Below are positions 51,826 through 60,675 of a stretch of 63,199 nt of DNA, one piece after another. The stretch is taken from the NCBI GenBank assembly GCA_002898795.1, contig BEIG01000003.1, forward strand, positions 1-63,199, written 5' to 3'. The notes beneath the pieces are model-generated. The model had not been told where the DNA came from. It saw nothing but the letters and a program-made list of their open reading frames with translations, and did not search any database. Within the stretch, counting starts at the first letter, position 1. Each line of letters opens with the position of its first letter. Made by a program: the position numbers and the translations under genes. This DNA is from a bacterium HR30 (GTDB lineage: Bacteria; Desulfobacterota; Binatia; HRBIN30).

Positions 51826-53246
51826 CGTTCCTTCGCAAACGCGCTCGAAAGGTGCACTTGGTCGGGATTGGCGGCGTGGGAATGAGCGGTATCGCGGAGG
51901 TGCTCTTGCGCCTGGGCTACCGCGTCAGCGGCTCGGATTTGCGGGAGACCGAAACCACGCGTCGATTGGCTAGCCTCGGCGCGCGAGTCGTATATGGGCA
52001 CGAAGAAAGTCACGTGGATTCCGATGTGGAAGTCGTGGTCATTTCTTCTGCCGTACGCTTTTCCAATCCCGAGGTGCTGCGGGCGCGTGCCCTGAAGATT
52101 CCTGTCATTCCGCGAGCAGAAATGCTGGCGGAGTTGATGCGGACGAAATCCGGCATTGCCGTAGCGGGTACCCACGGCAAAACCACAACCACTTCTCTCA
52201 TTGCCGCCGTTTTGGCACGTGCCGGGTTGGATCCGACCGTGGTCATCGGCGGCAAAGTGCACTCCTTGGGCACGAATGCGCACCTAGGCAACGGCGATCT
52301 CATGGTCGTAGAGGCAGACGAAAGCGATGGGAGCTTTCTGTTGCTTTCGCCGGTCTTGGCTGTGGTGACCAACATCGATCCGGAGCACCTCGATTATTAC
52401 GGCGATCTCGACCGAGTGAAGGCCGCGTACCTCGAGTTCATCAACCGAGTGCCTTTTTTTGGTGCTGCGGTTGTTTGCCTCGACGATCCGAATGTTCGTG
52501 CCCTGCTTTCCCAGGCCAAAAAACGTACGATTAGCTATGGGACCACTGGCGACGCGGACTACACGGCCCGGGACGTCACTGTGCAGGGGCTTGAGACGCA
52601 CTTTGTGGTCGAACGACAGGGGCAGTGTTTAGGCGAGTTCGTGGTCCGCATGCCTGGTCGGCATCAGGCGCTAAACGCATTGGCTGCCGTGGCGGTTGCG
52701 AGCGAAATCGAGGTGCCTCTCGACACCGTGCGGCAAGCTCTAGCAGAGTTCCGCGGCATCCATCGCCGGTTCGAGATCTGTGGCGAAGAGGGCGGAGTGT
52801 TGTTGGTGAGCGACTACGGACATCATCCGGCTGAAATTCGTGCCACCTTGGCAGCAGCGCGCGAGGGGTTCCAACGGCGAATCGTTGTGGTGTTTCAGCC
52901 CCACCGCTTCACGCGGACTCGCGATTTGTTCCAGGACTTTTTAAGTGCCTTCGATGCGGCGGATCAGGTGTTACTGACCGAAATCTATCCCGCAGGGGAG
53001 CAGCCGATCGAAGGAATCAACGGAGAGGCGCTGTACCGGGCTTTGAAACGTCGCGGTCACTTGGACGTGGAGTTCGTTCCAGAGATCGCTGAGGTTCCCG
53101 AGTTGTTAGGCCCGAAGCTTCGCCCAGGGGATCTGGTGCTTTTACTGGGAGCTGGGAACATCCACGAAATCGTTGAACCGCTGCGTAAGCGCTTAGCGAA
53201 CCGTGCTTCGTCGCCAATGGTGCATCCATGGGTTGCGAACGGCTGA
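51822..53246 (+). CDS. murC: UDP-MurNAc--L-Ala ligase
   Basis: Motifs HLVGIGGVGMSGIA, AGTHGKTTTT, EADESDGSF, DPEHLDYY, DYGHHPAEI and FQPHRFTRT. Confidence 0.97.
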   Translation: MTFLRKRARKVHLVGIGGVGMSGIAEVLLRLGYRVSGSDLRETETTRRLASLGARVVYGHEESHVDSDVEVVVISSAVRFSNPEVLRARALKIPVIPRAEMLAELMRTKSGIAVAGTHGKTTTTSLIAAVLARAGLDPTVVIGGKVHSLGTNAHLGNGDLMVVEADESDGSFLLLSPVLAVVTNIDPEHLDYYGDLDRVKAAYLEFINRVPFFGAAVVCLDDPNVRALLSQAKKRTISYGTTGDADYTARDVTVQGLETHFVVERQGQCLGEFVVRMPGRHQALNALAAVAVASEIEVPLDTVRQALAEFRGIHRRFEICGEEGGVLLVSDYGHHPAEIRATLAAAREGFQRRIVVVFQPHRFTRTRDLFQDFLSAFDAADQVLLTEIYPAGEQPIEGINGEALYRALKRRGHLDVEFVPEIAEVPELLGPKLRPGDLVLLLGAGNIHEIVEPLRKRLANRASSPMVHPWVANG

Positions 53247-54166
53247 GAGCAAAGGCGGAGGAAGAGCTTCGCGCAAGATTTGGCGGGCGGGTGAAGCGCG
53301 ACGAACCGCTTGCCCGACACACGTCGTTTCGGATTGGCGGGCCGGCAGACTTCTGGCTGGAGATTGAACAGCCGGAGGAAATCGCTCTCGTGCAGGACTG
53401 GGCACGCCGCTTCGGCCTGTCGTGCTGGCTACTCGGTGGGGGAACCAACGTTTTGGTGAGCGACCTCGGGGTGCGAGGCATAGTAATCCGGCTGGGACGC
53501 TCGTTTGCCTATTCGGAGTGGAAACCGAATGGATGGAGCGTGCGCGTGCGGGCAGGAGCGAGCTTGTCTTTGAAGAAGCTCGTGTTGCAGGCGGTCGAGC
53601 AAGATCTCACTGGATTGGAGTTCGCTGAGGGCATCCCCGGAACCGTCGGTGGCGGGTTGCTGATGAATGCCGGTGCGTTTGGCGGCGAGCTTGCCGATGT
53701 CGTGTTGGGGGTGGACTTGGTCACGCCCGAAGGAAGGCAAATTCGGGTGCCCCGAGAGGACTTAAGATTTGGTTACCGGCACTTCGACCTTCCTCGGGGG
53801 ACGGTGGTGACTGCGGTGGAATTTGTGCTCTCGCGCGCCTCGCACGAAGCGGTGTGGCAGCGTTATTGCCAGGCGAAAGAAAAGCGGGAGCGAAATCAAC
53901 CACGTGGGCTGCCTAACGCAGGATCGATTTTCAAGAACCCACCCGGCGAGTATGCCGGGCGATTGATTGAAGCTGTCGGCCTCAAGGGTCATCGAATCGG
54001 CCAGGCGATGTTTTCTCCCAAGCACGCGAATTTCATTGTCAACCTCGGCGGGGCACGGGCGGAGGATGTACGCCAACTCATGCGGGAGGCCCAGCGTCGA
54101 GTGGCAGACCACTTTGGCGTTCATCTTGAACCTGAGGTGCGGCTGATCGGAGAGTGGCGGGAATGA
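53228..54166 (+). CDS. murB: UDP-N-acetylenolpyruvoylglucosamine reductase
   Basis: Motifs HTSFRIGGPA, GGGTNVL, IPGTVGG..MNAGA, NAGSIFKNP, HANFIVN and LEPEV. Confidence 0.96.
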   Translation: MGCERLRAKAEEELRARFGGRVKRDEPLARHTSFRIGGPADFWLEIEQPEEIALVQDWARRFGLSCWLLGGGTNVLVSDLGVRGIVIRLGRSFAYSEWKPNGWSVRVRAGASLSLKKLVLQAVEQDLTGLEFAEGIPGTVGGGLLMNAGAFGGELADVVLGVDLVTPEGRQIRVPREDLRFGYRHFDLPRGTVVTAVEFVLSRASHEAVWQRYCQAKEKRERNQPRGLPNAGSIFKNPPGEYAGRLIEAVGLKGHRIGQAMFSPKHANFIVNLGGARAEDVRQLMREAQRRVADHFGVHLEPEVRLIGEWRE

Positions 54167-54996
54167 GGTTATCTGGCTGGCGATACGGTGTTCCGGCTCG
54201 GAGGCGTCAACTCGGGCACCGATTGAGGACGGGAATGCTCCTCTTCCTGGGCGCGGCAACTCTTGTAGGCGTCGGACGTGGGGTCCCGGAGCTGGTCGAA
54301 AGGGTACGGAAGCACGAGTACTTTCGCGTCCGCACTTTGGAGCTCGAGGGAAACCGCCGCGTGTCGCGGGAACAATTGCTGGCATGGATCGGCTGGGAAG
54401 AAGATGCGAGCGTTTGGGACGTCGATCCTAAGGCTCTCCAGCGGCGGTTGGCGGAGCATCCGTGGATCCATGGGGCAACGGTGCAACGGATCCTGCCTCG
54501 AAGGATTCGGATCCAGGTGCGCGAGCGCAGACCAGTGGCAATGGTTCATGTGAACGGCTCGTTTCAGTACCTGGATCGTTTGGGAAGAGTGCTCGGGCCG
54601 TTACTTCCGGGAGAAGCGCCGGATTTGCCCGTAATCTCCGGCATCGATGAATTTGTTGACGGTGACCTTTCTTCCGTCCACGTACACCGGGCCCTGCAGC
54701 TTTTGCGCATCTGCGACCGGCTTCGTTGCTTCGACAACATTTCCCAGGTCCAGATCGGGCGCAAAGGGCTCGTGGTTGTACCGGTTCGGCCAAAGGTGGC
54801 GATCGTCCTAGGGTGGACAGGACTCGAAGAAAAACTTCGGCGCTCCGCCCGCGTCTTTGCTCATTGGGAAGGGCGCATGGATGAGCTGCGTCTCGTGGAC
54901 GTGTCGTTTCCCAGGGTGGCCGTGTTGAAGCTGGCGCCCAGCCAGCAAGCTCCCGGGCGTCGGGCCAGACCGCGGCCAGGCCGCACGGAAGCGTGA
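54163..54996 (+). CDS. ftsQ: Cell division protein FtsQ/DivIB
   Basis: One TM segment, then a POTRA domain (LEGNRRVS..HPWI...VQRILP..I.VRERRPVA) ending VDVSFP. Confidence 0.9.
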   Translation: MRLSGWRYGVPARRRQLGHRLRTGMLLFLGAATLVGVGRGVPELVERVRKHEYFRVRTLELEGNRRVSREQLLAWIGWEEDASVWDVDPKALQRRLAEHPWIHGATVQRILPRRIRIQVRERRPVAMVHVNGSFQYLDRLGRVLGPLLPGEAPDLPVISGIDEFVDGDLSSVHVHRALQLLRICDRLRCFDNISQVQIGRKGLVVVPVRPKVAIVLGWTGLEEKLRRSARVFAHWEGRMDELRLVDVSFPRVAVLKLAPSQQAPGRRARPRPGRTEA

Positions 54997-55084
54997 GATT
55001 GTTGCCCGCAGGTGATGCTCTGCACCTTGAATTGTGGTATGTGTTAGCAGTGATGTTTGCGGTGGTAGAGGTTGCGGTTCGGGC

Positions 55085-56365
55085 ATGTCGGGAGAGGCAG
55101 AACTCCTAGTAGGTCTCGACGTTGGTGCATCCAAGGCGGCGGCAGTGATCGCAAGGCGGGCAGAGGATGGGCTCGCCGTGCTTGGCAGCGGCTATGCTCC
55201 CTTGGTGTCGGCCGGGCACCTGACCCTTTGCGACACCACGCGTCGGAGTGCCGTCATCGATCTCGACGCTACCACGCGCGCAATTGCAGAGGCGATTCGA
55301 GAAGCCGAACTCACTGCTAGCTGCTCGGTTCACAGCGCGGTTGTTGCGGTGGGAGGGGCACACGTTCGTGGAGTCAATAGCCACGGGGTGATCCCTGTTC
55401 GGCGCGGGGAGGTGACTCCCGAAGACGTGGAGCAAGTGCTCGAGGCGGCTCGCTCTGTTGCCTTCCCTCCCGACCGGCAAGTGTTGCATGTCTTGCCGTA
55501 CGACTACGTCTTGGACCAGCAGGAAGGCATTGCTGACCCGATCGGGATGCTCGGCGCACGGCTGGAAGCGCGTGTGCATGTCGTCAGTGCGTCGGTGTCG
55601 GCCGTGCAGAATGTTGCGAGGTGTTGCGAACGAGCTGGAGTGGAGCCTGCGGAGCTCATTTGGGCGCCGTTGGCGACGGCTGAGGCCGTTCTCACGCCAG
55701 AGGAAAAAGAACTTGGCGTTGCGTTTTGGGATTTCGGTGCGGGCACGACCGACGTGCTGATTTTCTATCGCGGTGGGCTGCGGTGGAGCTTTTCGCTGGG
55801 AATCGGGGGTGCCTGGATTACGAGTGACGTTGCCCACGGGTTACAAACCCCGCTGCGCGAGGCCGAGTTTATCAAAGTGCAACATGGCTGCGCGTTGCGC
55901 AGCATGGTCGACGATGAAGAGCGGGTCGAAGTTCCGGGAATCGGGGGCCGTTCCCCGCGGTTTATCCCGCGCAAAGAGCTTGCGTGGATGATCGAGGCGC
56001 GGGCAGACGAAATTGTGCGGATGCTCTGGCGGGGCGTCGAAGAGGTGGATGCCGACAGGCACGTCCGCTGTGGCTCCGTGATCGCCGGTAGCGGCGCGCT
56101 GCTGCCGGCAATGGATCGGCTCGTGCAGGAGGTAACCGGCAGGGAAGTTCGCTTGGGGGCAACCCGCTGGAGGCACAACGGTAATGGTGAGGAATTCCAG
56201 GAGAACAGGGCGAGCCTCGATCCCGTGTATGCAACGGCTCTTGGTTTACTCCTGCTCCATACGCGGGAACACGATCGCTCGCTGGATGGCTTTCCGGCAG
56301 GGCGGGGGCTGTGGAACTGGACCTGGGGCAGGCTTCGAGCTTTTTGGCGCGCGCTACGAGAATGA
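55085..56365 (+). CDS. ftsA: Cell division protein FtsA
   Basis: Motifs GLDVGASK, NSHGV, HVLPYDYVLD, DFGAGTTD, AEFIKVQHG and a C-terminal amphipathic helix. Confidence 0.93.
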   Translation: MSGEAELLVGLDVGASKAAAVIARRAEDGLAVLGSGYAPLVSAGHLTLCDTTRRSAVIDLDATTRAIAEAIREAELTASCSVHSAVVAVGGAHVRGVNSHGVIPVRRGEVTPEDVEQVLEAARSVAFPPDRQVLHVLPYDYVLDQQEGIADPIGMLGARLEARVHVVSASVSAVQNVARCCERAGVEPAELIWAPLATAEAVLTPEEKELGVAFWDFGAGTTDVLIFYRGGLRWSFSLGIGGAWITSDVAHGLQTPLREAEFIKVQHGCALRSMVDDEERVEVPGIGGRSPRFIPRKELAWMIEARADEIVRMLWRGVEEVDADRHVRCGSVIAGSGALLPAMDRLVQEVTGREVRLGATRWRHNGNGEEFQENRASLDPVYATALGLLLLHTREHDRSLDGFPAGRGLWNWTWGRLRAFWRALRE

Positions 56366-56416
56366 GGAACTCGGTGAACGCAAAGGGCGGAAAAACGCTG
56401 CGGGAGGAGTGGTGAT

Positions 56417-57718
56417 ATGTTTGGGTTGGATGACAGGCGTGGAGACGGTTACGAGTCGTTAGGAGCCAAAATTCGCGTGGTGGCCGTTGGTGGAGCGGGT
56501 GGCCACGCCGTTAACATGATGGTGGAGAGAAACCTGCAGGGAGTGGAGTTCGTCGCCCTGAACACGGATGCGCAAGACCTGGCCGCAAATTTAGCTCCCA
56601 CCAAAATCCAGCTTGGCGAGAAGCTGACCCGGGGCCTGGGCACCGGCGGCAACGCAGAGATGGGTCGCGAAGCGGCTCTGGAAGCTGCCGACGCCATTCG
56701 GCGGGCGCTCCAGGGAGCGGACTTGGTCTTTTTGGCCGCCGGTATGGGGGGCGGTACAGGCACAGGGGCCACCCCGGTGGTCGCGCAGATTGCTCGCGAG
56801 CTTGGTGCCCTCACGGTGGGAATGGTGACGAAGCCGTTTTCCTTCGAAGCCAAGGCTCGGCTGAAGCGTGCGGAAGCCGGAATTCAAGAGCTGCAAGGGG
56901 TGGTGGACACACTGATGATCGTTTCGAACGAGCGCCTCGCGAGCGTCGTCGACAAAGGGACGTTCGTCCTGGATGCGTTCCGGCAGATCGACGAGGTGCT
57001 GTATCAGGCTGTCCGCGCCATTGCCGATCTGATCACGGTCCACGGGTTCATCAACCTGGACTTTGCCGACGTACGCACCGTGATGTCAGAAAAAGGTTTG
57101 GCTCTGATGGGATGCGCTTCGGCTGCGGGCGAAGATCGTGCTGTGCGTGCGGCACAAGCCGCCATGAATAGCCCCTTTTTGGAGGGAGTTTCGATCCAGA
57201 ACGCGCGCGGAGTTCTGATCAACATTACCGGAAGTGCGACGATGACGTTTGGCGAGGTCTATGCCGCAGCGAATTTGATCCGCCAGCAAGTGCAAGACGA
57301 TGCGAACGTCATTTTTGGTGCCGTGATCGACGAGACGATGGAGGACGAGGTCCGCGTCACAGTCGTTGCCACAGGCTTTCGTGCTGCTGAGCTTGGGGCA
57401 GCACCAGTCGAGGTGCCGAGCAGTGGTGCAGCACAGCAGGATGTCCATGCTACGAGTGGAGCGAACGGAAGGCCTGCTGTGGGTTCTGGCTCGCAGATCC
57501 CGAGAGGGGCGGGTCAAAAACAGCGGGTGTTCGTTGGCCGCGTCGAGGACGGGGAGAACGGGCCAGTGTTTCATCCGTCTCCCCCGGCGAGAACACTGGC
57601 GAGCGGCCGACAAGCATCATCCGAGGGGCAGGCAGAGCTTCCTTATGTCGCAAAGCCCGAAGACGAGCAGCAAGAGGACCTCAGGATTCCAGCTTTTGTG
57701 CGGCGTGGCCGTGGCTGA
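56417..57718 (+). CDS. ftsZ: Cell division GTPase FtsZ
   Basis: Motifs NTDAQDL, AGMGGGTGTGATPV, INLDFADVRTVM and C-terminal core DLRIPAFVRR. Confidence 0.97.
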   Translation: MFGLDDRRGDGYESLGAKIRVVAVGGAGGHAVNMMVERNLQGVEFVALNTDAQDLAANLAPTKIQLGEKLTRGLGTGGNAEMGREAALEAADAIRRALQGADLVFLAAGMGGGTGTGATPVVAQIARELGALTVGMVTKPFSFEAKARLKRAEAGIQELQGVVDTLMIVSNERLASVVDKGTFVLDAFRQIDEVLYQAVRAIADLITVHGFINLDFADVRTVMSEKGLALMGCASAAGEDRAVRAAQAAMNSPFLEGVSIQNARGVLINITGSATMTFGEVYAAANLIRQQVQDDANVIFGAVIDETMEDEVRVTVVATGFRAAELGAAPVEVPSSGAAQQDVHATSGANGRPAVGSGSQIPRGAGQKQRVFVGRVEDGENGPVFHPSPPARTLASGRQASSEGQAELPYVAKPEDEQQEDLRIPAFVRRGRG

Positions 57719-57774
57719 GGAGGGCGTTGCTGCCAACGTTGCGCTTCGGCGCCTTCAGGCTATAGCGTGGGCTG

Positions 57775-59559
57775 TTGCTAAGGCAAGGTAAGCCCCGAAA
57801 TCACGAGCAATCAGGTCGTGGCGTCCGCCGTCAGCGCCCGGAAGAGCTGTTTCTGTTCCCGAAAAAACACTCCGGGTCACTGCGCGTTTGCCTGTTGTAC
57901 CCGAACGAATACCGCGTGGCCATGGGTAACCTCGGGTTCCACGCCGTGTACGAGATCTTCGACCAGTTCCCGGGTGTGGTTTGCGAGCGCGCGTTTCTGC
58001 CAGAGCGTGGCGAAACCTGCCGGCGTGGCGACTTGCGGTCATTCGAGACTGGCACACGTGTCCGGGAGTTCGATCTTCTTGCCTTCTCCGTGTCGTTCGA
58101 GACCGATTATTGGCACATCGCCCGCCTTCTGGATTGGGCAGGCTTGCCCTTGTGGGCTTCGGAGCGGCAAGGCTTGCCGCTGGTGATTGCTGGTGGGCCC
58201 GCCGTCTTTCTCAATCCCGAACCCATTGCGCCCTTCATGGATGCGTTTCTCATTGGCGAGGCCGAGGAGATGCTCCCGGAATTTTTAGAGGTCGTCTTCG
58301 ATTGTGGATTGCAGGACCGCGAGCGTTTCCTCCTCGAAGCGGCAAAACGGGTTGCAGGTTGTTACGTTCCGAAATTTTATCATCCTCGCTACGACGGCCC
58401 TGTGCTGGCTGCCCTGGACTACGATGGGCCGTCGGAGCCCAAGGTGCATCGCCGCATCGTCTGGAACCTGGACCAGTACCGCACCACCACGCGAGTGCTG
58501 ACCGCAGACGCGGTTTTCGGCGACATGGTGTTGGTGGAAGCAAGCCGTGGTTGCCAGTGGGGATGCCGCTTTTGCGCGGCGGGCTACATGTACCGCCCGT
58601 TACGGAATCGCTCGGTCGGTCATCTCGTCGATGCCCTGGAGGCGGGGTTAAAGCATCGCAACACGATCGGCCTTGTCGGTGCAGAGATGGCCAGTGTGCC
58701 TGGAGTGGCGCACTTGGCGAGTCTCGCGGCTCAAGCAGGAGGGAGGCTGTCGCCCTCTTCCCTCAAAGCAGACTGCGTCACCCCCGATCTTGCCCGTGCG
58801 CTGGCGGCTGGGAGGACCCAAACGGTGACCGTCGCACCGGAGGCCGGCTCCGAGCGGATGCGGCGCGTGATCAATAAAAATTTGACGGAAGACGATATCC
58901 TCCGCGCGGCCAACTTGCTGGTGGGCGAGGGAGTACCAGACCTGAAACTCTACTTCATGTTCGGCCTGCCAAAGGAAGAATGGGAGGATGTGGAGGCAAT
59001 CGGCCACTTGGTAGAGAAAATCCACACGACGTTGCGCGGCAGCGACGGTGGCCGTAGTCGTGTGGGTAAAATCACGGTGTCGGCAAATCCTTTCGTGCCA
59101 AAACCGTGGACGCCGTTTCAGTGGGAACCGATGATGGGAATTCCCCAGCTTCGGCAGCGCGCCCGGATGCTGGAGCGAATGCTGGCCAAACTTCCGGGAG
59201 TGCGGTTCGATTGTGAGTCTCCTCGGGAGGCTTTTTATCAGACCGTTCTCTCCCGAGGCGACCGACGCGTGGCGGCTTTCCTCGTTGCCGTACATCAGTC
59301 GGCCGGCGATTGGTGGGCGGTCATTCGTGCTTGGGCTCGCAAAGACTCCGGCGGTATTCCTTGGGTGGTCAACTGTCCTCCGCCGGAAGCTTACGTCTAT
59401 CGGGAATACGACGAGAACGAGCTCCTGCCGTGGGACTTCATCGATCATCACTTGAGTAAAGGCTATCTGCGAGTGGAGCGCCGCAAGGCCTACAGTGCCT
59501 TGCAAACTCCACCTTGTGACACGGCCACCTGCCGTACCTGTGGAGCATGCCCCACATGA
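57775..59559 (+). CDS. Radical SAM protein with a B12-binding-like N-domain and a C-terminal Cys4 motif (TIGR03960/YgiQ-like)
   Basis: YPNEYRVAMGNLGF, EASRGCQWGCRFC (CxxxCxxC), APEAGSERMR, FVPKPWTPFQW and terminal CDTATCRTCGAC. Start is uncertain. Confidence 0.88.
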   Translation: MLRQGKPRNHEQSGRGVRRQRPEELFLFPKKHSGSLRVCLLYPNEYRVAMGNLGFHAVYEIFDQFPGVVCERAFLPERGETCRRGDLRSFETGTRVREFDLLAFSVSFETDYWHIARLLDWAGLPLWASERQGLPLVIAGGPAVFLNPEPIAPFMDAFLIGEAEEMLPEFLEVVFDCGLQDRERFLLEAAKRVAGCYVPKFYHPRYDGPVLAALDYDGPSEPKVHRRIVWNLDQYRTTTRVLTADAVFGDMVLVEASRGCQWGCRFCAAGYMYRPLRNRSVGHLVDALEAGLKHRNTIGLVGAEMASVPGVAHLASLAAQAGGRLSPSSLKADCVTPDLARALAAGRTQTVTVAPEAGSERMRRVINKNLTEDDILRAANLLVGEGVPDLKLYFMFGLPKEEWEDVEAIGHLVEKIHTTLRGSDGGRSRVGKITVSANPFVPKPWTPFQWEPMMGIPQLRQRARMLERMLAKLPGVRFDCESPREAFYQTVLSRGDRRVAAFLVAVHQSAGDWWAVIRAWARKDSGGIPWVVNCPPPEAYVYREYDENELLPWDFIDHHLSKGYLRVERRKAYSALQTPPCDTATCRTCGACPT

Positions 59560-59927
59560 TCGTTGGAGTGGGTGCGGACGTTGCAGAGGTGAAGCGCATT
59601 GCTGCCGCGTTGTCTCACCCTACAAGGGGAGAACGCTTCCGCGCGAAGGTGTTTACCCCGACGGAGATTGCGTACTGTGAGCAACGCCGTCACGCGCCAC
59701 AGAATTACGCGGCCAGGTTTGCCGCCAAAGAAGCGACCATGAAGGCGTTAGGTTCTTTCGTTCCGTGGCGCGATGTCGAAGTGGTCCGCGATGGCCACGG
59801 TCCACCCCGGTTGCACCTTCACGGACGCGCTGCGGAGCGCGCTCGCCAGTTAGGGATCGCTCGCTGGTGGCTTACCTTGACCCACACCTCCGACCTCGCC
59901 CTGGCTTGGGTCGTTGCCGAGCGCTGA
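59556..59927 (+). CDS. acpS: Holo-ACP synthase
   Basis: MIVGVGADVAEV, FTPTEIAYC, AARFAAKEA..KALG and LTLTHT. ATGA overlap with the radical SAM gene. Confidence 0.94.
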   Translation: MIVGVGADVAEVKRIAAALSHPTRGERFRAKVFTPTEIAYCEQRRHAPQNYAARFAAKEATMKALGSFVPWRDVEVVRDGHGPPRLHLHGRAAERARQLGIARWWLTLTHTSDLALAWVVAER

Positions 59928-60233
59928 CCCGGAACCGCTGGGCACGGCTGCTTCACGCCGCCGCGTGACCAAGAGCAAGAAAACTACCGCCCAAATGCCA
60001 GTAAACAGGCCCAGGATAGTCCAAAGGTTCGCGGAGTATCCGTTGTTTCTGGCGAAGATGCGGCAGAGGATTGCGTCGATCAGATGGATGGTCACGAGCG
60101 TGGGCCAAAAATGTTCGGTGCTCAGGTGCGGCAGAAGGAACCGTAACCCTGTAGCGTAAGCAACAATGTTCTCCACGTAGTTCACAGGATTCCTGGCCGG
60201 CACCAACCTACGCGGCCGAAGCAGCGAACGCAA
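59850..60233 (-). CDS. Small hypothetical membrane protein
   Basis: Two hydrophobic segments around a 'CRIFARNNGYSANLWTILGLFTGIWAV' core. TTG start is inferred. Its 3' end overlaps acpS. Confidence 0.55.
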   Translation of the reverse strand: MRSLLRPRRLVPARNPVNYVENIVAYATGLRFLLPHLSTEHFWPTLVTIHLIDAILCRIFARNNGYSANLWTILGLFTGIWAVVFLLLVTRRREAAVPSGSGSALGNDPSQGEVGGVGQGKPPASDP

Positions 60234-60277
60234 TGACTGGTTGACCCAGAGTGCATTCTCAAGATATGCAGCGGCGC

Positions 60278-60622
60278 ATGTCGACGAAGTCACAGCGTGA
60301 AGTCAAAAGCGTTCTCGATTGGATCGTGAGCCAGGGAGAGGCAACCTTGAATCAATTGGTGGAAGAGTTGCTCCGTCGGCCTGCGGTCAGCGAGCAGATT
60401 GGCAAGGTGCTGCAACGGGCAGCCAAGACCAAGGGACGCGTCGACCGAAATGTCGAGGCCTTGTTGCACTTGCTAAATCTGCCCAGTCGGTCCGACCTGG
60501 AGAAGCTACGCACGAAATTGGACGCGCTGCAGGGCAGCTTGGTCAATCTCAACATCAAGCTCGATCGGTTGCTGGCCACCCAAGAGCAGCAGCGAGCGAA
60601 GAAAGGCGCTCCGAAAAAATAG
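60278..60622 (+). CDS. Phasin/PhaF-like coiled-coil protein
   Basis: LHLLNLPSRSDLEKLRTKLDAL resembles the LN(L/I)P(S/T)R.D motif of PHA-granule proteins. Basic C-terminal tail. Confidence 0.55.
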   Translation: MSTKSQREVKSVLDWIVSQGEATLNQLVEELLRRPAVSEQIGKVLQRAAKTKGRVDRNVEALLHLLNLPSRSDLEKLRTKLDALQGSLVNLNIKLDRLLATQEQQRAKKGAPKK

Positions 60623-60675
60623 CGCTCCTGCTTTGGAAGCACGAACAACAAGCGCGATATGTAGCCGGGGCTTGG

